A stretch of DNA of 64,000 nucleotides. It comes from Geosiphon pyriformis uo1 (lineage: Eukaryota > Fungi > Glomeromycota). Shown piece after piece: positions 52,872-64,000 of the stretch. Each line of letters begins with the position of its first letter. Positions within the stretch are counted from its first letter, which is position 1. The translations under genes were made by a program, and so were the position numbers. Location: contig JAAOMT010000762.1 in the NCBI GenBank assembly GCA_016748015.1, positions 434,001 to 498,000 of the forward strand, in the 5' to 3' direction. The notes below the pieces were generated by a model that did no database searches, was not told where the DNA came from, and worked only from the letters and a program-made list of their open reading frames with translations.

Positions 52872-53930
52872 TACTTTTTAATCAAAATTTAATAGTAATA
52901 TATGTTGACTTGTACGATAAATAAATTAACTATATGATCCCTGCGTAAGTAATAGAAATTTCCCCCATCATTAAATCATTGATTTTAGATATGACGCGTA
53001 ATTGCTTCAGCCAGAATTGTTGATCTGCATCATAAAGTTCGGCCGAGATGATCAAAGACCTCTTAAAAAAAGACGAAATTTTGTCATCCTTTCCCAATTT
53101 GTACTAACCAAGTGTATTCAGAACTTTAATTTTATTGATAGATGATGGCTTTTTTCTTTATACACACAGCAAAAATGGACAAAGATGTCGGATATTGAAG
53201 TATTTTGCTAAATTTGTGTTTTCTTTGAAAAAGCCACAAAAAAGAAGTTTTAAAACTATATAGGTTAAATTCTTGGCATTCTGTATTGCAATTGTGAATA
53301 AATAGCCACTAGGGTTTTCATGATAGTTTTTCATATTTCCCTGTGGTGATTTATACTGTTCTAAATTTGTCCCAGTATAATATTTTTATTTTGTCAAATT
53401 ATCAATGAATGAAATGAATGAATGAATGAATGAATGAAAATGCCACAAATCTTAGCTAAAATATACTTTTGATACTGGATGAGATTTATGTGTTTAAGGT
53501 TGGAGTATCATCCTGAAATATATCCGGAGTAAGAACTAAAAATTTATGACTTTTAGTAATGTGTTCAAAAAGAATTTTGAGTTTGGCAAATGGTTTTCAA
53601 AAAGAATTATGCAATTATTTCATTCATTGTCGACAGAGCATCCGTAACTCAGATCGAGTACTTTCAATACAAGTGAAGAGAGATGGTTAAAGTAAATATT
53701 AATTATTTTTTAGGTTTTATTTGCTCTCCTCACCAAATAGGTAGAGTGATTTGATTTTAACATCGTACTTTAAATTGTAAAACGAACAGTTAGAGGAGAC
53801 TCATTTTTTAAAAAAACTTGAGTAAAGGTTTAATAAGGCTAATCGAGAAACCTTATCTCAAGACTATACAGAATCTTTTTTCGTTGACCAAGATTGAATG
53901 TTTAATTGATTTATGTGTCGTAAAAATAAG

Positions 53931-54052
53931 TGTACTACTACTAATACTACTACTACTACTACTAATACTACTACTACTACTATTACTACTACTACTACTA
54001 CTACTATTACTACTACTACTACTACTATTATTACTACTATTACTACTACTAT
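53931..54052. repeat. (ACT)n microsatellite, ~120 bp
   Basis: Direct reading; produces the spurious poly-L/S/T ORFs. Confidence 0.95.
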
Positions 54053-55094
54053 TCACATGCGTTATATTGATATACATAAAATTTCAGGACTAGATTTCAA
54101 TCATAATTTTGTTTACTTATTCTCTTAAACACGCTTGAACTTCGGCCGAAAGACATCATCCTTTTACCTGTAACTGTAAACCATTTAAGCTATCAGATAC
54201 ACAAGGTTAGTCTCGGCCGAAAGTTATCATATGTATACAGCCATCTTTATACTGATTAATTATCAACAAAGAAACAAGTAAAGCCCTTAGAAAAAAAATA
54301 GAAACAGACCAAAGATGGAACAAAATGCGAGTCAAAGGAATGTACAGTAGTAATAAAAAATTTATATGCAATTCGGAAATCTTTTATCAACTGATTTTGA
54401 ATTTCCTATCAGGATTTAATAAGCTTTCATCCAATTTTATTATTATTAATAACTTTTTCCCACAAGCTTTTAAAAAAACCGTGATATTTTTTCCCAAAAT
54501 ATGTGCATAGTGCATAATACATGATGTTCGGTGACATATTTCATATCTCGGATGAGTAAATAGGCCGTAGCCGTCATCCAATGAAACCGAGGTTCCCACC
54601 TTTTAAAAAAAAATTGGTAAATCCGACAAGTTAATTTTCACTTCAGCGAATTACGCTAGCAACCTGGCTTTATTAAAAAGCAAAGGCTATAAACCCCGGC
54701 CGTGAAAGAAAGTACCCGTTAATACATTTATAGTAATCATATAAGTTATTCAATTAAAAAGTAAAACTTTTTAATTGATAAGTTTAGATTACGAGATGAT
54801 CAGTTTCATTCAACTTTATCCATAAAAAAGCGAGATATTTGGAATTTTTTTTTTTATATAATCAAGGAGTTCCAACCCGATTACGAAAAAATTTGAACAT
54901 TCGAAAGCTTTTACAAATTATTTTTTCCTACAAAATTACCTTTAAACTCTAAAATTACATACCAGAACATTTCTCAAAATCTTGGAAGCAAAAAAAGGAA
55001 AAATAAATTAAAATAAATTAATACGCAAAACGCGCGCGTTTTTCTTTTTTCTTTTAAATTTTTATTTTCTACTCTGAGCAGCCCAAATTCACAA

Positions 55095-55844
55095 ATGCCA
55101 TCGCAAAGAAATTTAAAAAGTTATCAAATTCAAACACACAGCGTAAATGACTCCCATTCTCAAAGTCCTAACGATAACAACAGATTCGTCTTCCCCACTC
55201 TCTCAACAATAGAATCCAAGTATAAAGCCTCAAAACCAGCAAGAATTAGATCACAACCAACCAACCCGCTTGGCGGTTCTGATCATCCTTTTAATACCCA
55301 AACATCTGCTCAATCCCTACCTTTAGTATCAACACCTAAAGCCTTAACTCTTTCAAAATTTGAAGCTGACCACAAACACTCTATACCTCAGCATCATACC
55401 TCTACAAATTTAACCAAATATTTTTCACCTTTTCCAACTGGAATGTCGATTAATGATATTGGAACAAACAGTTCGACGACAGCTTTGCTTCCTTATATTC
55501 TAGATCAACAGCAGCAACTTCTCTTCTCACTTTCCCAGGAACAATCACAAAACCAGTTTTCATCTCATAAGACTGTCGCTCACAATAATCAACTTTTAAC
55601 ACAACAAGAAACACGAGATATACTCATTGCTATCCATCATACGTGTCAAGATATCAAGGAATCCTTGAGCACGCTTCATTCGCATGTTGATGAGATATGG
55701 AGCGAAATGTCTCGTCTGAATGCTAGACAGAGTATTGTTGAACATCATACGGGTATAAATATTGTCGAAACTAAACCTGAGGAAACAGAGAACGATGATA
55801 AAAGGATTAAAGCTGAGGTTTCCGATGAGCATGAGATACAATGA
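55095..55844 (+). CDS. Intronless 249-aa protein, S/T/Q-rich N-terminus and C-terminal coiled coil, unknown function
   Basis: Long ATG-initiated ORF in AT-rich DNA; heptad-like IKESLSTLHSHVDEIWSEMSRLNARQSIVE. Confidence 0.75.
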   Translation: MPSQRNLKSYQIQTHSVNDSHSQSPNDNNRFVFPTLSTIESKYKASKPARIRSQPTNPLGGSDHPFNTQTSAQSLPLVSTPKALTLSKFEADHKHSIPQHHTSTNLTKYFSPFPTGMSINDIGTNSSTTALLPYILDQQQQLLFSLSQEQSQNQFSSHKTVAHNNQLLTQQETRDILIAIHHTCQDIKESLSTLHSHVDEIWSEMSRLNARQSIVEHHTGINIVETKPEETENDDKRIKAEVSDEHEIQ

Positions 55845-58039
55845 TTAAGAGAATACTTGGTAATATTAAAAATGATGATCAAATTGGTAATTCTCATGTT
55901 TTTTTTTCGACTATCGGAATAGTAATTTATTATTCATATAAAAACCTCTCGTTACGTAAACTTAAGTTTAAGAGCATGCAAACAAATAAAATTTTACTAG
56001 AAATTCTTATCTTTAATTATGTGTAAATAAAACATGTACATCCAATCTTTCATTCTTTTCATATTTGCAAAAGCTACATTATCAATAAAAAGGGTATTTA
56101 ATTGATCCTCCAGCGAGTTTTTTTTTTTAAAAAAAAAATTAATAAAGAAATAAAAAATTCTATTTGCAATAGATTGAGAATTTTGGTGAAGCCCTGTTTT
56201 TGGCTGTAAAGGCCTGTATTAAAACGTTCCAGATAATTTCTATTTTAAATTCAGCTTAATTAGAGCTTCTAAAAAGGTATAACAATTTGTCCGTATTCAT
56301 AATGTTTTTTGTTCTAATTATACTCATTTTTAATTTTTGTTTTTTATATGATATGTTTACATCATCAAAAAAAAAAGATTCCCTATCTTAAAATATTAGA
56401 AATTTGGAATTATAATTTATCATGAATAGCTTTAAGCGTTTTAAAAAAAAAAAGGCTGAAAAAAACAAAATAAATCTTTTAGTTTCTTTGGCTTTAAGAA
56501 TTAGAAAAAATTTTATTTCAGTAAACGATGATTAATTTTAATTAACAATTTACATATTTTCTGATTATTATTTTTATTAAATTATGCATAATAAATATTG
56601 ATAAAAAGTAAAGATTATAAAAAAAATTAGGTATTTAATTTTATTTTTTATTTTTAAATTAATTTAATAAATTTTGAAATCAATAAAATTTTTAATTTTT
56701 TTAATGTTTTTTTTTTCTATAAAAAATACTTATTAAATAATGAATCCATATATTTATTTATTATTAAAAATATTTTTAACTTTATAAATTATATAAAAGC
56801 AAGTAAATCAATCAATCAATAAATATATATTTTTTAAATAATTGTTTTGCAATAAAAAAAATAATAATTAATCATTTCGTGATTTCATAAATTAAATATT
56901 AAATTACAAAATTAGAAAAAAACTTATTATGATATATATTTTTTTTTAGATAGCAAAAATATAAAAATATGCTACACAAATGAAAAATATCAAAATTTTT
57001 AATATACTGTGGTACTTTTATAAGTGTATGCTCTTGGGACCAACTATAAAGAATAGCTAATAATAAAATAGATATTGTTTCACAGTAAATGTAACCTGTG
57101 CACATACAAAATATAGAACGTATGTACTTAGCTCTAAGTCCCGAACTTGGAGTGGAAGAGGCAAAGTAAAATAAAGTTATAATTACCAGACTATAGGATA
57201 CATATAGAGAGAGTATGGACTTATAAAGCGTGCACTTAGAGAGATATCACTTTATCCAATTTATTACTACTAAAAAAAAATTATTTTTATTTTTATTTTT
57301 GACAATTATAAGTTTTAAAAAAGTGGTTTTCTTTGTAAATTAGAATTCTTATTTTATTTTTAACTTTATTTTAAATAATTCAGGTATTAAATATTAAAGG
57401 TAGAATCAAAAGTCTTAAATTAAATTTTTTTCATGATGTTTTGTTTTTAGGCTATTAATTTTTAAAATTTAATTGGTTTTTTACTAGATTTTAAAAAGTA
57501 ATCATTAAATTATTTTTTGCAAACAAAACAAAAATATGTATGTCTGTTTTTCATTTTCAGAAAACTTGATTTTTAGTGCTTTGTTTACAAAGATATTTTA
57601 ATAGTCTTTTTATTGGCCTTTTTCAGCTATTTTCTTTAAATGATAACACTTTTCTACTTTTAATTCTATAATTATTGGTCATAGTTCTTAAAAGTAGTCA
57701 CTTTTATCGTAAAAATTTACAATTAAAATACAGATCCATATTTTCTGATTTAATTATCTTACTATCAAAAATGCTATGATTTAAAAGCTTTAGTTCAGTT
57801 AAATTTTACACACACATATACCTTTTGCATCTTTTAAGCCTCTTCATGTTCAAAATTCGAGTAATTGTTTCTTTTAGAGCTTCATTTAAGGTTTCTGCTA
57901 AAAGTTATCATTAGGATGATTTTCTCAAAATCTTATAGCATTTTAAGGATTACAATAATACTAAAAGCTTTAAAATTATACTTGTGTGATTATTGTATAA
58001 TTTATTATTTAATTAAGAAGAAGGGACTTGAAAATTCGA

Positions 58040-58470
58040 AAGGTATACACAAATGGGTCGCCAAAAAGATCTTGGTAAAAATGATAAATGAAGTAAATTG
58101 AATCAAATGTTAAAGTCTATGGTGTTATAAAAGTGAGTTGATAATACACAAGCAACCATTAAAAATGAACGTAAATCTATCATGAGTATGGAGATATATT
58201 AGCGGATAAGGTTTGAATCATTTAATTTTTACCCTTTCATGTATGACTAGTGAAGCATATGAAAGCCCTATATTAAATATAGTTTATCCAATAATTATGA
58301 CTACGAAAGAAGCAATATTCCAAGAAGATAATGCTCCAATTCACAACTGCAAGCTTGTGAAAGAACTCCAAAATAATTTTGAAATTGTGATTTTGGAATG
58401 GCCTCCTAATCGCCCGATTTTGATGCAATAGAAAATATGTAAAGAGAAATTAAAAATTGTGAAAGCAAAA
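58040..58470 (+). mobile_element. Tc1/mariner (DDE_3) transposase relic
   Basis: AIFQEDNAPIH ... LEWPPN-[frameshift]-PDFDAIENM, matching FQQDNAPxH / WPPxSPDLNPIENxW. Confidence 0.8.
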
Positions 58471-60326
58471 ACTGGCAACCAATACTACCTTAAAATTTCA
58501 AATTTTTCAAATTCACAATGTTGTTACAGATCAAAGTAGCATGCAAACAGATAGTGGAAGGAGTGGTTGTATGATAATAAAAATAAATAAAAATAAATTT
58601 TAACTAGTAAGTGAATTGAATAAGTAAATAATTTAATTAATGTAATCAATTTCAAAATTAATCTTTTTAAGAAAAATCTAAAGATTGAAAAATAGTTTGT
58701 AATTGTTGAAAAAAGATAACATAATGATTATAAAATTTTATGTTCCAATTAGCACTCTTAGAATTTAATAACAGATATCATTTGTTTTTCAATAATTTTT
58801 TATTTATAAAGTATTTTTTTAAACAAACTACAAATTAAAATAAAATTATTATTTTAAATATTCAAATTAAAAAAAATTTTTAGTATAAAAACAATAAGAG
58901 TAAATTAAATTATTAATACTTATATAATTAAATACTTTTTTACAGCCTTAAAATATCTTGCTTATGTAACTATAAAAAAACAACCAACCAAGTTGATAAC
59001 AAGATCAATAACTAATTTAAAAATAGAATGGGTAGTATATAACATTAATACCTAATATATGATTAAGATAATTAAAAATAAATACTATGAAAAAAAAAGA
59101 AATATTGTTTTCAATAAAAATATAAAAATAATTATTAAAAATAAAATGGTAAAAGATTTTAAACATAAGATTAATTTATGTAAAAGAATAGGATTTTAGA
59201 GAAAAATCAAAATATTATGATTTTGGAAATTTTTTATTAATATTTAAAAATATAATGTATGTTTTTTAATAGAATTTTGAAAAAATCTAAATTTTAGAAT
59301 TCAAATTATTGTTAAACTAAAAAATTACAGATAAAAAAATTATGTTTAAAATTCTCATTTTATTTAAATAATCATTTATTGCACATAAAAACAACAAAAA
59401 TAGTCTGTCTAAATTTATTTTTAAAAAAGTTTATTATTTAAGCTCTTAAAAAATGAACAATTTAATTTTTGTGAGTTTTAAGAATCCTTGCTAAACGTCA
59501 TAAGCTTCGATTCACACCTTAAAACATTTAAAAAGTTAAAATCTTTAACACCAATTATTCTCTTAAAAATTAGATCTATATAAATTTTTTTGGACCGATT
59601 TTAATTTTGACGCTAAAACAATGGGATGAGGCTTATTCTTGATTTCTATATGATATCCTAATAATTGGATCATTTTTTAGGAAGGAAACTAAATGTAACA
59701 CGAATGCGGGGACTGGGTTTATCACCCTACTTCATGCAACATTTGCATGCATCTAATCGCATTTACCAATTAAAGTTAAATCAATCACAGCAATGATGGC
59801 ATATCTCTGTGTACCCAAAATTTTGTTCACGCGACAAATTGCCAAAAATAATTTGTTTTCCTAGATGCTGTGAATCCTTTCACTAAACCTGATTTTTCTA
59901 AAACGAGCTCTAGCACAAATTATCGGACAATTAAATATTACCACATGGTGATGTTGTAGGCAATTTCCGCACGGTGTAATATTAGCGTCATCCCAAGAAT
60001 ACATCTTAACGCCAATTTTCATATTTTAAGTGCAATTCAAAATTCTCAAAAGAACATCATCATGATGACCACCATGAAAAATGCTGCTCCTGATAAAACT
60101 GTTTAATGTGACCACCTGTCAGGGGTGCTACATGGGCCTCTGGGTACTGCTCTTTTTATATAACACCGAGGCAATTCGGAGAAATGGACAATAAAATTGA
60201 GTCCCCAATTAAATACATCTTCTTTCTTGAAACCATTCTCGGTACAAAACCGGTTTCCGTATCATTGCAAAACATTCTGATCTCAAAAATTTCGCCATTT
60301 TTTATTAATTATCTGCTGACGATGAA

Positions 60327-61642
60327 ATGGAAGACTACTCGATAGCTCAAAACCTTACCAACGAAATATTAACGAATATTTTTGATTTCTGTAAGATGGG
60401 CGATTGGTTTCGATTTCTGTTGGTCAATCATCATTGGTGTGGAAACGCGGCACGATTAATCTGGCGGTCACCTTTTTTCTATTCCGAACATCAATGCATC
60501 GTACAAATCTACTTAACATATCTTAATCCCCAAGAACGCGAGGAATTGAAATTGAATGGGGTCGTAGTACCACCTGCTGTTACTTCCACGTATTTTTATT
60601 ATCCTTTATTTTTACGAGGAATGGACATGAAAGCATTGGATGTGAGCATCCGTGATTGGATGTTTTATGACGTTCAACCACCACAACCTGAAGGAGAAGT
60701 TGAAGCTGAAATAATTGAAAACATACAAGGTAATTCAATCAGGGAAGACGTAAATTCCAACACTGAAGTGTCAACAAGCAAAACCAGCTATAGTGGCAAC
60801 AGCTTCAAAAAGGATTCAAAAAATAGCAGTCAAAATATTTTACGAACTCTCAAAAATTCAAAGACAAATAATCCCCCAAATTTTGCACATTTGGTTGCCG
60901 GTTCAATTGGTGATGATTTTGCCTGGCACCGTGCTGTCAAAAGGGCATTAATTAAAATGTTCACGAGATTGTCACCACCACTATCAATACTTTGCGTTGA
61001 TGAACCGGAAATTTTCCCGCTCAAAGATGAACAAAACTTTTTCAAGTTTATCGCACCGGTGAAAGAGATTAGCCTGGTTTTTGATTCCGGATGGTCGGAT
61101 ATCATTCCTTCATTGTCACGTTGTTGCCGAAATTTGGTAAGCAAAAAAATTGGAAGAATTTTCTATTGGATTTTCAGTTAATAACTGATCAATTTATACT
61201 AAGAAATATTATTTTCATGCATTTTTAGCAAATAATAAATATCTCACATCTACCTAATTTTCAAGAAAAGAAAGAAGAGTCGCTTCTTGATTTCTTCAAC
61301 TTCTTATCGAACCAAAAGAAACTTGTTCGTTTTGAACTCAAGAACTCTTGTGATTCCCATGGCAGTATTGACCTTGTTCTTGGAATTTTATCTCAAAGTT
61401 TACGACATTTAGCATTTCAAGCTGATGATTCTGTGGGCCTTGTGTCATTTGATGCGTTATCACGATTTAAACGTTTGGAAACTTTAGAAATATGGGGGGA
61501 GTTTACGTTGAATGAACGATTAGCAAAACCTTTTGTTTCGGGTACCCTGCCAAATTTGCGAAAGATGGAGGTAACCGGATTGGTAGAAGTTTGTGATAAA
61601 TTTCGACAATGGAAAGAGGGTATTAATGCAGTACAAAGCTAG
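60327..61642 (+). CDS. F-box / RNI-like LRR protein, 2 exons
   Basis: F-box-like LTNEILTNIFDF...FLLVNHHWC..AARLIWRSPF. Intron 61137-61228. Exon 2 is LRR-like (LSRFKRLETLEIWG, LPNLRKMEV) and in frame to the stop at 61642. Confidence 0.85.
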
Positions 61643-64000
61643 TTGGTGTCATTTTTGGAATTCTTTCGTAATAAAATTTAAATAATTTAATGTTAAAATA
61701 TCATTTTTGATAAACTTTTTAGTCTAGATTTTAGAGAAAATAGTCAGCGGGTAAATATTTCAAAATTTATAATAGGTCAACTGGCTTGATGCTTTCGTTA
61801 TATCTTTAAAAACTATGATAATTAAGGGGCAATGCGTTTCTACCGAGTTTAGCCCAAGAATTAATGTATAATACTAGTAAATCTATAGCTATATTTTGCA
61901 TTTATAACAATCAGAAGTATAATCCCCATAAAAGGTTCAAATTTATTTTATAAAATAAACATTGTTCGGAACCGAATTTCACGGTCAAAAAAAAATTTCG
62001 CGAAAGTTTTATAAAATTAAAAGATATTTTAATACACATTTAGTTCCTTAATCATTAAAAATTTTCAAGATAATACATATTTTCAAAAGTAATCGCCCCA
62101 AAACGATTCACTAAAATTCATTTAACAAAATATGCGGTTTTAATTATCTTTTATTTTTGATATTTTTTTTTAATTTTTAAATTATTAAATTCAAATATAT
62201 TTTTCAATTATTTAATTAGTGAAATTTAGTATAAAAAACCTATTTTTAATTTTAGATAATGGCAATTATCAAAATCCATTCAAAATGTGAAAAAAGGCAA
62301 AATCACGGTAAAAAAAAATCCCATTATCATTTCACATTTTGACATTTTCTCATACTTTAGAACACTCTTATAGAAATTTCTTGGGCTTGATTTGTTTGGG
62401 TATATTTTTCAAAAACTGTAATCTTCAGCATTGTTTTGAGCCTTCAAATATCTAAAATTAAATTTGAATCAACCTAAATAGCAACTAATTTAAGTTTTTT
62501 ATTATATTTTACTACCTTTATGGTTTGAACTTTACAAAAATTGACTTTGGTCTTAAAAAATTAGGCAATTTTTCAATTATGAAAAATTAAAGCTATAATT
62601 TGAGATTGATATTTTCAAAACTGAGGTCGAAAACTAATTCAAAAATGTTAGCTGCAAAAATCTTTGTTCAGTGTAAACTTTAAAAAAATGCCACGGAGAA
62701 ATTAGTAGGACTAATCTACTAAGGACGAACAAACGGTACAATCTATACAGGTTCGACACGTGACCGACACCGAAAAAACTATATTGAGGCCACTGTGTGC
62801 TGTTGAAATATAAAAAAGTTAGTTTTTTCCGGAATTTCTGGCACGATTGGTCTGATGAACTCAAACGCTAAATTAAATATGTTTTCAATAATTAAATATC
62901 CATATTTAATTAACAAGTTTGTCACAATATGAAGAAAATTTTGACAAAGTAAAAAATATTTATTAATTGCAATAAGAAATTTACTCTTCATATTTTTAGG
63001 TTTGATAACTGAATAATTATTAAACATGTGATCTTCTTTACAGTAGAATTCTTTCCTTTTCCATAATTTTATTGTGAGGCATCTCTCATTAAAAGCACAT
63101 TATAATTGTGTAATAACAAAAATAAAGCTTTTGGAGATGTATAATCAAAATACAATAATTCATAAAAATAAAGATTGGCTTAAATTGATTTTAAAATCTT
63201 TCAATAATTTTTATAGTACAAATTAAAATTATAGAAAAATATGTTTATTCACAAAAAACCAATTTTTTGTTTGAATTTTAAAAAAATTATCACCTTAAGC
63301 TTTTTAAATAAAAATTTATTACATTTAAAATTTTATAGTTTTTTATAAGAAATGATATGCTTAATTACTTTTTTATTTAAATGAACAAATTACTTATTAC
63401 TTTAATAATTATAATTTTTAACATAATAATTAAAGTTTTTAATATTGATTAATAATTTTAAAAATTTTAAAAAAATTAAAATAAACCATTTGAAATTTAT
63501 ACAATATTTTTATAAATTAAATTAATAAATAATGCAAGTTAGAGAATTAAAAGCAATATAAATTTAACGAAGAAAATATTAACAAAAAAATAAATTAAAT
63601 GTGTAAAAAATTCAATTAATGTAAATTATAATTAAAAAAAAATTGTAAATAAAAAAAAGTTTTAAGTTTTTAATAAAAAATAATATAGCTATTATAATTT
63701 TATGCTTTAACCAGCACTTTTAAAGTTTAATAATAATTAATAACATGATTTTTAATAGTTGTTTATTTAATAAATTATAAAATTAAGTTTCTTATTTCTT
63801 AAGCTAATTCTAATAAATACAAATCTAAGAAATAAAATATCAGTTCGATTCCAATCTAAAATATCAACAAAAAAAACTATACAATATTTGTAATTAATCA
63901 AATTGTAATTAATATTTTTTATATTCTTAGTAATAATCAAGTTAATAGCTAAAATAAAATTTTAATTAACAATAAAACTATTTATAAAATTAATAATTAA

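Noticed and set aside
53818-54128. Poly-Leu, poly-Ser and poly-Thr ORFs
   Set aside because: Artefacts of the (ACT)n microsatellite.
57000-57260. Possible solo LTR or other TE fragment
   Set aside because: No second copy or clear termini in the window.
62634-63027. Two minus-strand ORFs near a CpG-rich patch
   Set aside because: No recognisable motif or consistent exon structure.

Overview
Eukaryotic, very AT-rich, intron-containing fungal DNA. Gene families, intron style and Gypsy load suggest Glomeromycotina (Geosiphon/Ambispora-like); this is an inference, not a database result. The window has two compartments. (1) Two blocks of nested, decayed Ty3/Gypsy LTR retrotransposons (about 1-10000 and 28000-38804), almost free of CpG and eroded by G>A/C>T transitions. 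(2) CpG-containing gene islands: a SEL1-repeat gene, a small membrane ORF, a class I SAM methyltransferase, a head-to-head pair of disordered tail-anchored proteins, two membrane-anchored GH125 paralogs, an ABC-F ATPase, a frameshifted secreted Pro/Cys-repeat gene, a DUF7918-like gene, an intronless coiled-coil ORF and an F-box/LRR gene. There is also an 87-bp MITE and a Tc1/mariner relic. Top leads: a ~220-codon extra ORF or domain between integrase and the polypurine tract, present in three Gypsy copies; directional non-CpG cytosine erosion of repeats that fades toward genes; and a GH125 paralog pair in which one copy appears to have lost its catalytic base. No rRNA, tRNA or CRISPR was recognised.
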